Shown here: in pieces, positions 1-12,811 of the stretch
How positions within the stretch are numbered: the stretch's first letter is position 1
Layout of the letters: each line of letters opens with the position of its first letter
Assembly (NCBI GenBank): GCA_038496445.1
Contig: JALMLS010000446.1
Span: forward strand, 1 to 64,000
Direction: 5' to 3'
DNA: 64,000 bases
Source of the DNA: Trichosphaerium sp. ATCC 40318
Lineage: Eukaryota > Protista > Tubulinea
Translations under genes and position numbers: made by a program
Notes under the pieces: model-generated
Told to the model about the DNA's origin: nothing
Seen by the model: only the letters and a program-made list of their open reading frames with translations
Database searches by the model: none

Positions 1-295
1 TTATGACGAGCGCCACATTGGTCGAACACGTTGAAACCGAATGCCATTTGTCTCCTATGCAACCTATATACTTTGGAGCACCTCTAAAACTACCGTTGGC
101 GCCTAGAGCTTGATTAATTAACACTACCGAAACTCGACTGGAAACAAAAAAAAAAAGTGTGTAAAAACAGTAAACTAAATGTACAACAGTAAACAGTGTA
201 ACCCTAAACTCTTTCAGTTGTTTGTTTTTTGCAAGTTTGCAACAAGAATACTTACCGGTGATTTGAGAACAGCAACGAGCACAGAAAGCGTCCAT
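1..295 (-). CDS. 5' part of a probable LIM-domain protein (runs off the window)
   Basis: Manual splice gives MDAFCARCCSQIT...GAPKYIGCIGDKWHS, matching the first half of the LIM pattern CxxC-x(n)-WH. GT-AG introns are present. Confidence 0.45.
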   Translation of the reverse strand, partial: MDAFCARCCSQITGKYSCCKLAKNKQLKEFRVTLFTVVHLVYCFYTLFFFVSSRVSVVLINQALGANGSFRGAPKYIGCIGDKWHSVSTCSTNVALVI

Positions 296-336
296 ATCGC
301 GTACAGAGTGTTTACACAAAGTGTAGAATAGTTAGT

Positions 337-916
337 TTAGTGGTTCATCCGATTCCGCTTTGTGGGCCAAAATAACACTAAAAAGGTTACAAGTACGCTC
401 TGAAATGCGATATGAACGCTATTAGAGTTATACTAGCTAATAAAAAACACTTACCGTTACGATCACGTTTTTTCGCCCAAAACTAGAACAAAAACTGATC
501 AAAGCGACATTGGCGCAATATTACACATACATGGGTTAATTGGGGTAAATATTAACGTATTAACTAAGAGCGTTAAAAATATTCCTGCTGTAAAAGTGCC
601 GGTGCGGTTGGCAGCACCACAATTATGCTCGTGCCATAGATTTGGAGAATAATATAAATAAATACTGTAGTGGTTATCGTACACTGCCTTCTCACTTGTA
701 TTACGCGCGTAACCAACAGCTCTTAAAACTGAGCCGCCTAGCACTAAAATCTGCGAACTTTAAGTCGTTGTCTACAATAATTTTAACTACCTTGGTGAAC
801 GCATTCGCGCTTGGAAATCATCAGTTTAATGATTCAATAACAAAATGTTTGATTTGAGAACAAAGAAAGTGGCTCGAGCTCGACTACGTATTCTTTTTGT
901 GAAGTAACCAGGCCAT
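337..916 (-). CDS. small spliced hypothetical protein with one hydrophobic segment
   Basis: ATG at 916; GT-AG introns join ...TAGIFLTLLVNTLIFTPINP-FWAKKRDRN-VLFWPTKRNRMNH*. No recognisable family. Confidence 0.3.
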
Positions 917-1078
917 TGTAAAAAAAAAATACTTTAATCTATGTACAAGCACAACCAACTACGTGTGAAAGACTGAGAAAGGTTGTTTTCATCCAAAAAG
1001 CTTCCTGTAACCTTTCCGTCTCTTTTACCACTTTGAGGTCAGTTGTGTTTTTGTTCGTGTTTCGTTATCCGATAACTC

Positions 1079-3573
1079 TTATAAATTCGGATTTGGGTTA
1101 CTTCTACGTCTGCGATACTTTCCATTAGTGCGGCCATGGTTGTCTCTACAAAATTATAAAATCAGATAAACTTGACTGTACCATCTTAAACACCCTTTGC
1201 AGTGACGTACCTTGGTACAGAAGGTGGAGGACGTGTTCTAGAGTCAGAATTACGCCAAGTGTAAGGATCAGGCCAATTAGCACTACTCGTTCTATTATGA
1301 GGCAAAGTAGGCGATTGAGAGGCATCGTTTGGGTTTGCAGACATTCTGTTCAATGGCGCTGCACGAGGGCGAATCTCAGAACGTTGTTCTGAACTACGTG
1401 GTGAAGTACTCATAGTGTTGTTGTTGTTTGTGTTTGAATTACGACCAGGTTGGTTATTTACTCGGTTAGTGATATGCGCATTATTAACAGCTCCGTTAGG
1501 CACCTCTCCTTGGCGTATATTATTACGACGAGGCTGAGTAGTATCAACACGGTTCCCACGATTATTATTTTGAATATTAGAAGGAGCTTGATGATAGTCA
1601 CGCTAAAGAAATTCAGTTAGAAGATGAACAAGGAAAATTAAAAAGTAAGGTGAGTTTTTTTTAAGGGGTGACGACTACGTACGTTTCCATGTCTTTGGGT
1701 AGCAACAGGAACCCATGCACCTGACGGAGCTACATTGTAAGGGTGAGGTACATTCTCGAAAGCACGCCATGGATGCCATGTACGTTGCTCTACCAGCACG
1801 CTCAGCACAATTTTTTTTGAAAGAAAAACGACCTACCTGAGGAACCATTCATTGGAGAATTAGCAGGCCTACGTGGCGACGAAGGTGAGAACTGGTCTTG
1901 GTTTCCATCGTGCACGAATTGTGTTTGGTAGCGCATAGGTACTAGCGTCATTGATGGGTGAACAGGTGTAATAGGACGTGTTGTATAATACGGTAGGGTA
2001 TTGGTGTACCCTGCGTAGTTATAGTGTACGCCACTATGAACAAACGAATTGTCGTCTGTAGCTGGCATTCTCGCGTGGTATCTAGGTGGAGGCAAGAATG
2101 AGCCAGCTGTGTGCAAAAGTTAGTGCTTTACACGAAACTCAATTATGGGCTTACGAGGGTTCTGAGGAGGGGAACGATAGTGCCGGCGTCTGGGATCTAT
2201 CATTGGGCAATAGAGCTTGGTAGAAGGGTATAGGTTGAGGTTTGGTCTTGTATTCAACTACAACGCACTGGTGGTGTTCGCGATTGTTCAAATGAGGTTG
2301 GTGGGCGTGATATTTGCGGCATAAAGTCGTGAAGGAACGGATTCCTTCCATGGAATACGTCTTCTTGCCACATTTCTGAAGGTCCTAAAAACAACATAGT
2401 ATTAGAGTAGTCCCTTGTTGTTGCGTTTTAAGCAACATACCACGCAGTGAAAGTCCTGAACTGCTACTGGAAAGAGGGTGATCTGAAGGTTCGTTGTTAG
2501 GCTCAGTATTAGGGTAACCAGAACGCAAACCGAGTTCGCCCCAAGCGCTAATAAAAATAAGCTTTTTTTGTAATTTCTCCTTTTTTTTTAGTGTACTCTA
2601 ATATAGACCTATGCTCTTCTGGTTGCTCCGTATTACCTCTTTCGAAGTTTGCTTGATCATCACGGCACTTTACAAGAATATAAGAGATTGATTTGAAAAT
2701 CAAAAAAAACCAGAAATTACAAGTTTAGAAGAGTGATGCAGACTCTTAACTACCGTGATTTACCTTTTTAACTTGCTCTTTAGTCATTCTGGCTCTATAG
2801 AGCGAGAAACAGTCCTTGCACAAGTAATTATGACGTTCAGTTCCTTCACCTTGTTTACAATTCCATAAACAAGATTGATCAGTCTCAACACGTTCCTAAA
2901 ATCACAGTTAGTATCTAGTAATAGATATTGTTGATGATCTAACCAAAAACAGACAAAATCAAAAAAAAAAAATAAATAGAGATAAAAAAGCCTTCAGTAC
3001 CTTTGTAGCTAAAACCTGACATAGAGCTAGATTCTTACGTAGTGGTATACATGGAGAGAAGTCCTCACTTTAAAAAAGGAAGAGTTTAGTATTGGCGTTA
3101 TTGCGTTTCTTTAAAAAACTATATCTTACCGGCATATCGGACACTGCCAAGATAAAACGCCCATAATACACTTTATGCAAAATGAATGACCACATCGTAG
3201 GCTAGTTGGGAACCCTAAAGTGTTAGGTTAATCGTTGAGATTTTAAAACCGCGCTCGAGTTAAGGACAAAGCGTAAAGCAATGTGTACAGGCCGTATTGG
3301 TAATTCAGAAAAGCGAAATTTTAAAAATGTAACGCAATTGTACCATTACGCCCTAGTGTGTCCAAGCATATCGAGCAGGTGGGATGCGAGGCTTTTTCTT
3401 CCTGTAGGCGCGTTTCGTCATTACTTTCCACAGAGCATGCACAAGAACGCGTAGGAGTAGCCAGCTTAGTACCTAAGAGCCTATGTAAATAATCGTCTTT
3501 AACACTTATTAAAATTACGTGGTTTGAGCGCCACCAACGGCTCAACGACTACTTTAGCTGTCTTATTGCTCAT
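1079..3573 (-). CDS. RING-finger protein with long disordered Pro/Asn/Arg-rich C-terminus
   Basis: Spliced exons give CSICLDTL...CGHSFCIKC...CPICR (C3HC4 RING), followed by low-complexity exons (ORFs 1186-1503, 1802-2116). Confidence 0.75.
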
Positions 3574-4033
3574 GAAATAATTCTGTGGCCAACCAATGAG
3601 CTTCCGCCAATACTCGACCCATTTCCTACTAGACTTAACAGCATAAAAAAACCCGACTTATTTTAAGGCAGAAAAATCCATAACTGCCTTTTTAGAGCGC
3701 ACCGGTTCAATAACAAGCAAACTGTAGAAACACAGTTTATAAAAACGTGCCGTGTTTTGAAAAAATCAAGAAAGAGCCGAGTTCAACAGCAAGTCAAGAC
3801 ACCCTTTTCTTAGTTTTCCATAGCGTAATACTTTGTGTTCGAACTTTCCACAACAAGTTGAGTTTACGTTTTATTTCGCTTATAAAATGAGCAGTTTCAA
3901 CACGTGGGGAAAAAGGGGTAGAGAATTTGAACGAATAGAAATGTATACCGCCTTATTTAGTATTGCACCTCAAGGCTTTGTAACGATCAGTGACATATGA
4001 AAACATTTATTAATAAGGAGCTAGTAGATTACA

Positions 4034-6447
4034 CTACTCATCTGGTACTGTTATGTCCGGCTTAGGAAGAATAGCTCCAGAAAATGCGAAATATGCAGCT
4101 GCGAGTGTCAAGAGAAAGTTTACAGTTTGACCGACTAGGTACAAGAGAAGGAGTTTTCCTCCTTTTAGTTTCTTGATTAATACTTTAATACTGCATGATA
4201 ATCCAATACCAACAAAAGCAACAGAAAACCACCACGTGCTAGCTGCCTACACAATAAAAACAAGTTAATTGTAATGCCTTTAAACAAACAAAACAAAACG
4301 TCAAAAGAAGAAAACACGTGCTAGTTTTCAAAGAAGATAATAAAGAAGTCTGTCTAAAACTGTGGTTTTAAAATTATTTCATATGAAGCACTTGCCTTTG
4401 CCATATCTAGAACAATATCTGTCTTTGCTTCACCGATTGTTGGAACAAGAATAAATGAGTACACAAGAGAAGCAATAAAAAATCCTAAAACGAATTTTGG
4501 AAACTTCTTCCATAGGACCCAGTATGATACACCGTTTCCTTCAGAATCCTTTTCAACCATTCTGTACCAATAAAATGCGATAGCAAGACAAACAAAACCT
4601 AGAATAAATACAAAGTTAAAAAGAGAAAAAGAAAGAATTATATCGCTCCAAGTACTTGCCTATAATTGCGTTTTGTACCATCTTTACAACGCTAGCAACC
4701 TCTTCACATATTGCACTTACAATTGCTCCTGCGGCAACAACTGCAGCGGTTTCTAGACAATCACGTGAGAAAACGAAATAAAAAATATTTTAAAGTGAAT
4801 TACAACTTACCGTTTATAGATCCTCCGAACCAAGCTCCAGCAACATAGTGATCCATACCAGAGTAGATGACCAAGTACGGTAATGATACCATAAAAATTG
4901 TTGTAAAGAAACTTATCACGCCAATGGCAATAGCAAGCTTAATACAAGTTGTTAGAATAAAACAAAAAAAAAAAGAGAACGCAAAGCAAAACTTACGTCA
5001 GCTGCATTTCCACCAACACTTGCTGAAGCTGCGGCTGCTGCAGATGCGCCACAAACGCAAGTACCAGTAGACAGAGTAATAGCAAGCTTCTTGTTAGCCA
5101 TCTTGAGTATTTTTGTTCCGAAGAGGTACATGCTTATTAAAGCAACTATTGGATAACACTTAGTGATACTACGCCCAACTTTTTGTAAACTTACCAGGTG
5201 TAACGCAAAACGCAACAATAATTCCCGGTGCTCCCAGGTTGATAACAGTCTGTACTTTAATTGCGAGTAGTACTAGGCCAATCTTCAAAAAATATTCTGG
5301 TCTGTTTGGTTTTAAAAGCCATTCGTTTGGTATCTTCAATAAATCCGTAATGTTTACAATAGCTATACCGAAAACAATAGCCTAATAAAAACCTATGTAA
5401 GTATATTCGCAAAACTGATCATGTAAGCACCCAAAACGCGTATCCAAGACCATACCTAAAAGAATTTAATTAAGAGATATTTTACTTTAAATTTCGTCTC
5501 GGTCACGTTCATGCACGTGAATGTAACCGACATTTTATAGTACGCACGTTGAAAAGTCTTCTTGTTTTCCCAAGAATAAGGCAAGGAAACCAAATAAGTG
5601 TACAACAACATCTTATAGGCGTCAAACAAAATAAGTTGTTTCAGTCTTTACGGTAGTTGGTAAAATTTTTCAAAAAGGATACATGATAATGAGAGCGCTT
5701 TGAACTCTCTGCCATGAATGAACATGCCAGAAAATGCGTTTATGATAAACATGACAGCAGAATTAAGTAAAATACCAACCCAAACGTCATCCGTATCAGC
5801 TCTTGTTGTCTTGTCTATTGCAATAAAAGCCACCTAAAAAAATTAAACACTGACAGCAAGAAAAAGGCCACAAAACGGGTATAGTTTAAAAAAGGAAATG
5901 TCATGCTTCTAGGCAGTACAAAAAAAAAACCTAATGAAGCCTTATCTAGTGGCATGTACTGCCCAAAATAGCATAAACCAAAACACTCCGAACATTTTTG
6001 ATTTTCGAACAATACAAGAAAAAAGTCCTCAAACTATTCTACCTTGGGCTCTTTCCAGGGCCACTTTTGCGGTATGAACGCTGTAAGTGGCCTGTTGTCA
6101 GATGTGAAGACCACAATCAATATTAAGGATATGATAGTCAAAAAACCTAAGGACGCGTTAGCTTCATCAACCATTAGGTCTTGGATGTACCTAGCCACAC
6201 AGAGAACCAATCCTCTGTTATTTTCGGGCCTGCTTGATCCCATATGTAACCCAGCGTTATCTAACGAACCAGTTACACCAATAGAAGTAGTTTTGTAAAG
6301 AAGAAAAGTTGACATTACTTTTGGCTTTTCTTTGTATTGTTTTCCGTATGCGCTGGTGTCTGAACCGTCTGTTACAAGCATTGTACTTTCTGCCGTCGAA
6401 AGCGGTGTGGCTTCATCATTTTGAAGAGAAGTACCGCCGTAAGACAT
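4034..6447 (-). CDS. YeiH/UPF0324 (putative sulfate exporter) family multi-pass membrane transporter
   Basis: Motifs KIGLVLLAI, STGTCVCGASAAAAA, GGSI-TAAVVAAG, KMVQNAIIG and WKKFPKFVLGF; many TM exons. Confidence 0.8.
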
Positions 6448-6666
6448 TATGGAGTATTTGTAGAACGAAGTATTATGTTTGTTGGTTCACCCGCACGTGA
6501 TGTTTGTACTTGCCTCGCTTAATTCGTTAAGTCATTTACTACAGGCAGTACTTTGTGGTACAACAAACGGCGCATTCGAAACAAACATTAATGGAGCCTT
6601 GTAACAAAGCAAGATACTTAATCTTTGTTTTATGTATCACGAGCAATCACTTGTGCTAACTTTTTT

Positions 6667-8151
6667 TTATTTACGCATTTTTCCCTTAGCAGTCTTCTTT
6701 AAACTCAACCCAAACTGGTTTGTTCACATCTTTTCCAGATTCATATAGAGCGTCGAGTACTTTTGTAATACGCTCAGCCATATGCACATATGTCTTTCCA
6801 GCATCAGGGTTTGTCTTCATTTCTTTAACGACTTTGGCAAAATTGTCTATCATATTGACTTGACCATAGCCAGGTTTCCCTTTTCCTGAAACAACCTCTA
6901 CTTCGGCCTCTCTTGGAGGTGCATGATACTCTATTCCAGAATTAAGTTACGTAGATTACCAGATAGAAAACAACTTACTCGTGTATTGCCATTTGTCTGG
7001 TACGCTACCCTCACCTTCTGGCCAAGGGAAGCAAAATGATCCGTGCCAAGGCAAGTAAACATCATCACATATAATCCTACCTTTCTTTCCGACAACTTCA
7101 ACAGACTGACGGACTGTACCAGCAAGGAACCCTACAGTGGAAATAAGACCAGAAACTTATCCTCTTTATTGGCATACCGAAATCGAAATTAGCACGACAT
7201 TCGTCTTCAAAAACAATCATTCCACTGCCAGTATAGATAACACCAAGTTCCTGGTAACAACGTCAATACCTTGATTTATAAAATTGTATAGATTTCTAGG
7301 TACCTCATCACGGAGATACGAACACGTGACACGAGAAATCTTTCTATCAAAACCGGCACACGTGAGAATAATACGGACAGCATACCAACCAACCTATTCC
7401 TCTTATTAATGAAGTCATTTAATAAAGATCACATACGTCTCCTAATGCCCCCATTGGTTCCATCTTTGGATTCCATCTTATGCCTTCCTTGGTACCACCA
7501 TGTGGAAAAGAAAAATTTGAGTTAACTTTTATAACTTCTCCTAATTCTCCGTCTTTTCCTTTTGCGCAGATTTCTGCGATCTCTTTTGTCCTTGGATGAT
7601 GAGGGAAATGTGTAGCGTCCATAAACAATACACCAGCTAAACGAAAGCGTAAGTTTAACAGTATATTTTGGGAAGGGAGAATGTGACTTGTTTTTTTTTC
7701 TTACCTTTTTTACAAGCGTCTGTGATTCTACGAAGCTCTTCGAAGCTAATGAATGGCTTATCTGCTAAAACGTGCTTTCCGCTTTCAGCAACTCGTACAG
7801 CGACATCAGCCATGACAGCTGTAGGTATAGCAATGTCTAATGAAACGTGAGAAACGATATACAGGCTATTAGAGCGTACAGATAGCATCAATGGCTGAGT
7901 CTTTTAACAAGTCATCCTGACTACCGTATGGAGTGATTTTAGGGTCTTTTTGAAGCGTTGTAAACTCGTCAGCGAACTTTGTTGCCTTGTCAAGCGAACG
8001 GCTCGCAACAGCACCAATTACGCTTCCTGACGCCACCATGGCTTTAGCGACATGGCCTAATACCTGTTACGGGAAATAAACTGTTAAAATACGTACGCGC
8101 AATGAAACCAAGTCCAACGATACCAAATCGAAGAGAAGGTATATCTGTCAT
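6667..8151 (-). CDS. Gfo/Idh/MocA family NAD(P)-dependent oxidoreductase
   Basis: LRFGIVGLGFIA, AVASRSLDKA, GKHVLADKP, FMDATHFPHHPRT and GALGD-VGWY motifs across GT-AG exons. Confidence 0.85.
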
Positions 8152-8757
8152 TATATTCTTGAAGCCTAAACACTAGTTGCTTCTGTTGTAGGTATGAACT
8201 GGGATTACAGTTGGCACCAGCATGACTTAATTCAAGTTACTTTCCCAAATGTTACCACTAGTCTGCAAAAAGGATGTCCCAACTAGGGTATGACACAGTG
8301 ACCCTGAGGAACGAATTCAGCTTAAACTACGAATTCGTTGATACTCCGCCTAAGAACGCACTTAAACAAACAATATGTGTACAGTTTGCTGATCAAAACC
8401 TTCAAAATGACTATGTAGAACAAATCGAAGCTCCAACGAATACTACAATAGAAACAAAGTTGTTTTAGAGCAACAAATAGCTGGCGAATTCTGAACATTG
8501 TTTTGGCGTTGTGCTTACAAAATGAGTTTGTTACTTTGCTTTCTGGTTTTTTTCTTCTTTTCCTCAATACACTGATGGTTTCTTTACATCATTCTGTAAT
8601 ATACGACTTGGACCGTTACTACACTAAGAATATACAACACAAATTTTATGGCAAGAAGTAGTCACTAAAATCGGAATGTTCTGATATTGTTGCATAGACA
8701 AAGAACTAAATACAATTCAAACAGAAAGGTACTATTGTATTAAAATTGCTCTTTTTT

Positions 8758-9985
8758 TTAACTATGGTGAGCACGAATAGGTGCTCGGGTAGTCGTTTTG
8801 CTTGATTTATAACGTTTAGCGAAAAACAGTACAAAAAGACCAAAGTAAGATAATCCTAAGAAAAATATCAACAAAGAATACAACCAAAAAAAAAAAGGAA
8901 TTAGAACTCTTTGTCACGTGTTGCGTACCAACGAAATTTCCCAATAACCACGATCTCCATGTTGCTCTACATTCTGTTTTTCCAGAGTAGTAATAGTAAG
9001 GGAATATAAGAGATGTCACAACATCACCTAAAGGAAGTTTAGAAGGCAGCTTTACTACTATTAAACTAAAAAAAAAGTAAAAGTTATCAACGTACCAACA
9101 AATTGTGTTATTTGACCTACTGTCAAGTACTTCGCCCATTTTGGCCTGGTTCCCATTGTTGCCATTGCATAGTAGCTATTCTTTTGTGAGTTCAAGCTAA
9201 TAAAAACAGACACTATGACGTACTAGTACATAAAAATATGTACAACAACATTAAAGAATCCAGTGATCCAAGAGAACAATGTATGATCATATAAAGGCAT
9301 CCAAGTAACAAACACTACACTTGAGTGATGCCACATATGCAATACAGTCATTGGACGCTTCTACAGACAATCTTTAAGTGAAAACGAATGAAGTTTGATA
9401 AAAACGAAGAAAAAAACAATGTAGCTTCGTTTTATACGTCATGACGTACCTTAAACGCGATCAAGAAGGTATCAACGAATTCATAGTATTTACTCAAGTA
9501 AAATACGTTCATCCACCAAAAGATATTAGCGTCTTCTTCCTCTGTATTGTATCCGTTGTGTGAGTTTAATGGGGTCCGTTACGTCAAAGTTGGGAACGTA
9601 CCTGATATGCCACCACAGTACATACCATATAAACCGTTATTCCAAGCGGCTAAAACGATTATTAACGCTATTTACAAAAAATGTAAAAACAACAGTACTA
9701 ACCTACTGCTACGCTCTTAGTTAGGCCAATGAACATAATAAGAGATATTCCAGAAAGAAAGAAATTGTGAACAATAGTAAAGTACTTGAGCTTGAGCGGT
9801 TGCTTGTTCTTCATGTAAAAGGCCAATGCAAACGCAGTGACGAGGTACAAGGAGACCCCAACAATGGGGTCCATCTACGTTGAGTGAGACAAACGTCAAA
9901 ACAATCTTTGTGGTGTTTTCATGCGTACAATAGGATTCGGAAGGAAATGCGTCAAGTACTGTGAGTCATACACTAGAGTTGTCAT
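8758..9985 (-). CDS. ELO/GNS1-SUR4 fatty acid elongase
   Basis: FYLSKYYEFVDTFL, the LHMWHHS histidine box and PWAKYLT motifs. Confidence 0.9.
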
Positions 9986-10122
9986 TAGCTTGAATCTACA
10001 GCAATAACCATTACTATGAAGAGATGTACGCACTTTCGTGTTATCTGTTCGCTACAATGCTGTACAAGCTTGTCAAGAAAAGTCGCGAAAAAACTGGTTC
10101 ACAAAACTTTGATTATTTAGGC

Positions 10123-12717
10123 ATGTGGCAAAGGGTTAGCCTAGTGACGCGTAGAATCACATCTAAGAATTCTACGCGTGCCTCAGACAGGCGTTCCCGC
10201 TTTTACTGTCAAAATGCCAAGGGTGTCGATTCTAACTCGAGAACTCCATTTGATCAACTTCTAAAGCGCCGATTCTTCTTTGTTCCGTCATTTGAAGTAT
10301 ATAAAGGTAAATAATTAACAACTAACGTAAAACAGCAGCTGACGCAATAAATCGCTTTTATAATTGCTTTCTAACTTGTTTAAGGCATTACGGGAGGTTT
10401 GTACGATTATGGTCCCAACGGCTCTTCATTACTTCACAACATACTCCAGGAGTGGCGTAAAACATTCATTGTACGTGACAACATGCTTGAAGTATCTCCA
10501 AGTATTGTTACACCACATGATGTACTAAAGTGCGTTTTACGCGTTGAAAATACCAACGCTAACACTCAATAGAAACTCTGGGCACGTTGAAAAATTTTCT
10601 GATTTTATGGTTTCAGATGAAGTCACAAAAGAGTGCTATCGCGTCGATCATCTCATAGAAGAACATATAGAGACACAACTTCAAAAATTAGACCCAAAGA
10701 AGTGAGTACAAGGCAAATCTCGACAAAAATTTTAAGAGAATTAAACACAATTCATTCTGACTTTCCACCAAGAGATAACTACAATGAGGACCACGCATCG
10801 CTAACAACTGACATTAATAGTATACCTGATATTGTTAATGCACAGGTACTATAATTTTGAAAGCAGAAATTTATGAAACAACTGCTTTATTAAGTTTTTT
10901 AGGGATTCGATGAACTTCTCAAAAAATACGCTTTAAAATCACCAAATGCAAACCCTCTGTCATCATCATATCCTTTCAACCTTATGTTTGGTGTAAAGAT
11001 TGGTCCAAGAGGAGACTCAAGTGGGTACATGCAACTAATTCAACAAGAAACAATAGTTTTTTTCTGGAGAAATGAACAAAGTTAACACTTTTTTGTGTTG
11101 TAGGTTTCTTCGACCTGAAACTGCTCAAGGTATCTTTGTGAATTTCAAACGACTTCTAGAACAAAATGGTAATAAATTACCACTTGCTTGTGCATGTATT
11201 GGACAAGCATTCAGGAATGAAATATCTCCAAGATCAGGACCACTACGAACACGTGAATTTACATTAGCTGAAATTGAACATTTCGTACTCCCTACAAACA
11301 AGGAGCACCCGAAATTCAATAAGGTACCATCACTGATATAGGCATTGATGTAACTGATGATAGGTTGGACAAGTAAGGATGAATGTACTAGACAGAGAAG
11401 GGCAAAAAGAAAACAAAGGTGCAACCGAAATGACAATTTCTGAAGCTGTTGAAAAGGGTATTGTCAGTAACAGCCTTGTTGGTTACTACCTTGGAAAAAC
11501 ATGCTCATTCCTTCACAATATTGGTGTGAGACCAGAAAAACTTCGTTTTCGACAACACAGAGAAAATGAAATGGCACATTATGCCGAAGACTGTTGGGAT
11601 GCTGAAATAGAAACTTCACATGTACAAAAAAAATCAATATTTAAAGACTCTACTCTTACATGTTTAGGGATGGATAGAAGTTGCTGGTATTGCAGATAGA
11701 AGTGCCTTTGATTTGAATGCACATTCTAAAGGGTCAGGACAAGCACTTGCTGTATACCAAGAACACAGCAAACCTGTATCTTTCTTTACTTTTTTTTTCC
11801 TTTTCGCTTTGGTTTTATGCTGTTGGATCCCTTAACAAAGTAGAAAGTCACTGACAAATTATTCGCCATTCCCAACAAGCCAGCTATTGGTAAAGCTTTT
11901 CGTGGAAACGCTGGTCCTGTTTTCAAGTATTTTGAGCAAATAGAAGAGAACCAAACGATAGAACTAAGGGACACTCTGAAGAAACAAAAAAAGTACAAAA
12001 AAAAACCCAAGAAAACTTATTTTTACCAATTTTATCTCTTTTTTTAGGATGTCTATAAACAAAGACTTGGCTATAGATGAGACAATGGTGTCATTTGAAA
12101 CAAAACGTGTAACTGAGAAAGGGACATACATCACACCCAATGTAATTGAGCCTTCTTTTGGCATAAACCGAATACTTTATGCTGTTCTAGAACACGGCTT
12201 TTGGGTAACTACTTAAAACAAGCTCGCTTTACTTTTGTTGACTCATAGTTTAGGTGAGACCTGAAGATAATCAACGTGCAGTACTCTCATTAGCACCTAG
12301 TGTGTCTCCTGTAAAATGTAGTATCATGCCACTACAGGCAGATGAGAGGCTGGCACCTTTTGTTTCTCAAGTGGTACGAACTCTTTGTTGTTATCATGTT
12401 TTTCTATTGTTAACAGTCACGTGTAGGAGGATATATTAGGTGACCTTGAGTATTCGTTTAAAACTGATAGTTCTGGGGTATCTATTGGAAGAAGATATAG
12501 TCGTACAGATGAGATTGGTATACCTTATGGGATAACAATAGACTTTGACACGTTAGAAGATAAAAAAGTTACAATACGAGAGCGAGACTCAACTCAACAG
12601 ATAAGAGTAGCGTTAAAAGATCTTTCTAATACATTACGTACTCTTGTACGTAATCCAGAAGAATGGAAGAATATGTACACTAAATTAGGCTTCACAGAAG
12701 CCGCAACGGAAAAGTAA
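10123..12717 (+). CDS. GARS: glycyl-tRNA synthetase (class II, eukaryotic alpha2 type), with mitochondrial-presequence-like N-terminus
   Basis: Eleven GT-AG introns traced. Motifs [48 protein letters not shown] and [13 protein letters not shown]. Confidence 0.95.
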
Positions 12718-12811
12718 ACAAAAAAAAAACAATTACTAAACTCGGTTTTTTTCGAACATTTTACTTAGTGTTGACAAGGTGGGCTGAGGGGTTGGGTCTC
12801 CGAAGTTTGGT

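Noticed and set aside
200-209. AACCCTAAA telomere-like words (also near 3211)
   Set aside because: Isolated single units, not arrays.
8274-8468. ORF containing YEFVDT, with a ~20-nt inverted match to the elongase exon near 9468-9488
   Set aside because: Too short, with no flanking similarity; cannot be distinguished from chance.
12778-12796. G-rich tract between convergent genes (possible G-quadruplex)
   Set aside because: Only three runs of at least 3 G; weak and unsupported.
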